NCBI GenBank assembly: GCA_043228905.1
Contig: JBHGNT010000002.1
Span: forward strand, 2,542,001 to 2,606,000
Reading direction: 5' to 3'
DNA: 64,000 nucleotides
Source: Azolla caroliniana
Lineage: Eukaryota > Plantae > Polypodiophyta
The notes beneath the pieces are model-generated. The model saw only the letters and a list, made by a program, of their open reading frames with translations. It did not search any database and had not been told where the DNA came from. The position numbers and the translations under genes are program-made. Each line of letters opens with the position of its first letter. The stretch's first letter is position 1. Positions 62,080 through 64,000 of this stretch are shown one piece after another.

Positions 62080-63140
62080 TGAATGTTGAGTTCTCCCATT
62101 TTCCAAAGGTTATGATGCTATTCTTACAGTGCTGGATGATTTTACAAAAATGGCACATTTTCTTCCATGTCGAAAGGCTTTTATTAGTTAGGAAATGACA
62201 AATCTTAATATGCGAGAAGTTTTCAAGCGTCATGGCCTTCCATATGAAATCATTAGTGATCGTGGGCCACAATTTCTCGTAAACTATCTTCAAGTTATCA
62301 TCCTCAAACCAATGGTCAAATTGAACGCACAAATCAAACATTAGAGTAGCATCTCCGTTGCTTTACGAATTACAACAAGAATATTTGATGGATTTCTTAC
62401 ATATGGCAAAGTTTGGTTACAATAATTCAATTCTTTCTTCTATGGGATTCACTCCATTCTCTGCAAACACAAGATGCCATCCTCGTTGGATGATGCTTGA
62501 ATATCTAAAAGTCTCAAACTATCTTGTTGTCAAGGATCGTCAAGAACAACTCAAAGAAATTCAAACCAAGCTTTGTGATCATTTGCTTCATGCTCAAGCT
62601 AAGTACATAAAGGTTGTAGATAGACATTGCCTAGATGCTACAATCAAGAAACCTAAGTTTCAAGTTGGTGATCATGTATGGTTGTTACGTTATAATGTGA
62701 AAATTACTAGACCATGTGACAAATTGGATTTGTAATCTCTAGGTTCAATTTGTAATCTTTGATCAAGTCAATGATGTTGCATTTTGTTGGGACCTACTTT
62801 CACATATGCGTCTTCATCTAGTAGAGCCATGGACAACAAGTTTGATTCCAAATCCAATGTTCCACCACTACCTCTAGTTCAACTTTCTGAAGGACAAAAA
62901 TATGAGGTAGACACTATTTTGAACTCCAAGATCATCTTCAACAAGTTATATTACCTGGTAGATTGGCTTGGATACACGCCTTATGATCGAATGTGGAATT
63001 TGCAAAGAACACTGCTAATGCCCATGAACTTATACAAGAGTTTCATCTATGCTACCCCAATAAACCAAATCCTAATCCATGCATTGCGACTCGTGGGACT
63101 CGTGGTCAAAGGACGGGATGATGTCAACAAGAGTCTTACA
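62080..63140 (+). mobile_element. Decayed chromovirus (Gypsy) integrase plus chromodomain
   Basis: GYDAILTVLDDFTKMAHF, HGLPYEIISDRGPQF, FQVGDHVWL and chromodomain YEVDTILNSK..LYYLVDWLGY; purine tract then TGTCAAC at ~63122. Confidence 0.85.
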
Positions 63141-63399
63141 CTCTAACCATTACACCCATTTATTTTAATTAAAAAATATGTTTTCATATTATTATTATTA
63201 TCTAGAGTGAACAATGGATGATCACCAAATAGCATGCATGCATGTACATGTACGCCAAGTGACACACAATATGTATGCCAAGTGGTGATCATGCATGATC
63301 CTATGTATGCTATATAAGTGGAAGATTTGCTTAGTATTGAATCATTCCGGTTCAACGCTAGTCTTCAACACCCTTGTCATCTTGATCTCCAAGTAATAC

Positions 63400-63830
63400 A
63401 AATTATTGTCTTCTTGTTTTGTTATTATCTTCTTTTCTTCAAAATTGACATCATCTTTGTCACAAAAGGTCTATTGATCGTATTCAACTTTATCTCACTA
63501 CCAACATGAGTATGAACTCTCGTAGAGCCCTAACACTCCTTAAAACTCGATCACATACCCTAGCTATTGAATTTGTATTATATCATCAAAATCAACCAAA
63601 TATAAAGGTATGTAAGGGATGCAATGAAGGGCTAGTAGTGGATGAGTATCACTTGGTTTTTACATGCTCTATACATGTGTATTCTTATTAACACATTGAG
63701 ACTTTGTGGTTCGAAGTATGAGTATCCCTTCTTAGGAAGGAGATACACATCAATAGAACTTGTGTACTTAGGTTCCATGTGTCAATATTGACCTCTTTAT
63801 GGATGTTAAAAAAATCTAATCTAATCTAAT
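63400..63830 (+). mobile_element. RTE-like LINE 3' end fragment
   Basis: SHTLAIE...VCKGCNEGLVVDEYHLVFTC (C-terminal CCHC-like motif) followed by an (AATCT)n tail. Confidence 0.6.
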
Positions 63831-64000
63831 TTATGTATAAAGTATTAAGCATCATTAGCATTATGTCTTCACCCATGTGCTTTACGTCTATTTTTGCATT
63901 TTTTATTGTTGAAGGAAAATTTTAGTACAATCGCATGATAATTGTGTTACTGTTTTTGCATATTCTAAAACAATCATTTTGAGTACATTCATGTTTAAAT

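Overview
Nuclear DNA from an AT-rich, transposon-rich land plant. A fern is inferred from the plastid trnL copy with a genomic C at the wobble position, the long PLS-class PPR gene and the TE spectrum. Five host genes can be reconstructed: plastid ribosomal protein L15 (-, 5 exons), coatomer zeta (+, 6 exons), an ACR3-like ACT-domain-repeat protein (+, 7 exons), a PLS-E class PPR protein (-) and a class-B auxin response factor (-, 13 exons). The rest is mostly transposon debris: two same-family Ty1/copia elements in opposite orientation, a nested solo LTR, L1 and RTE-like LINE fragments (two with TSDs), hAT-type MITEs and a Gypsy/copia nest. The least ordinary observations are (i) a plastid trnL 5' exon plus group I intron fragment inserted in a copia integrase, (ii) a ~200-bp repeat built from two convergent tRNA-like modules, clustered as a large hairpin upstream of the coatomer zeta gene, and (iii) a PPR reading frame with 84 N-terminal codons, largely PPR-like, and no in-frame ATG. 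I see no convincing novel multi-gene system. All calls were made by eye without database searches, and TE remnant boundaries are approximate.
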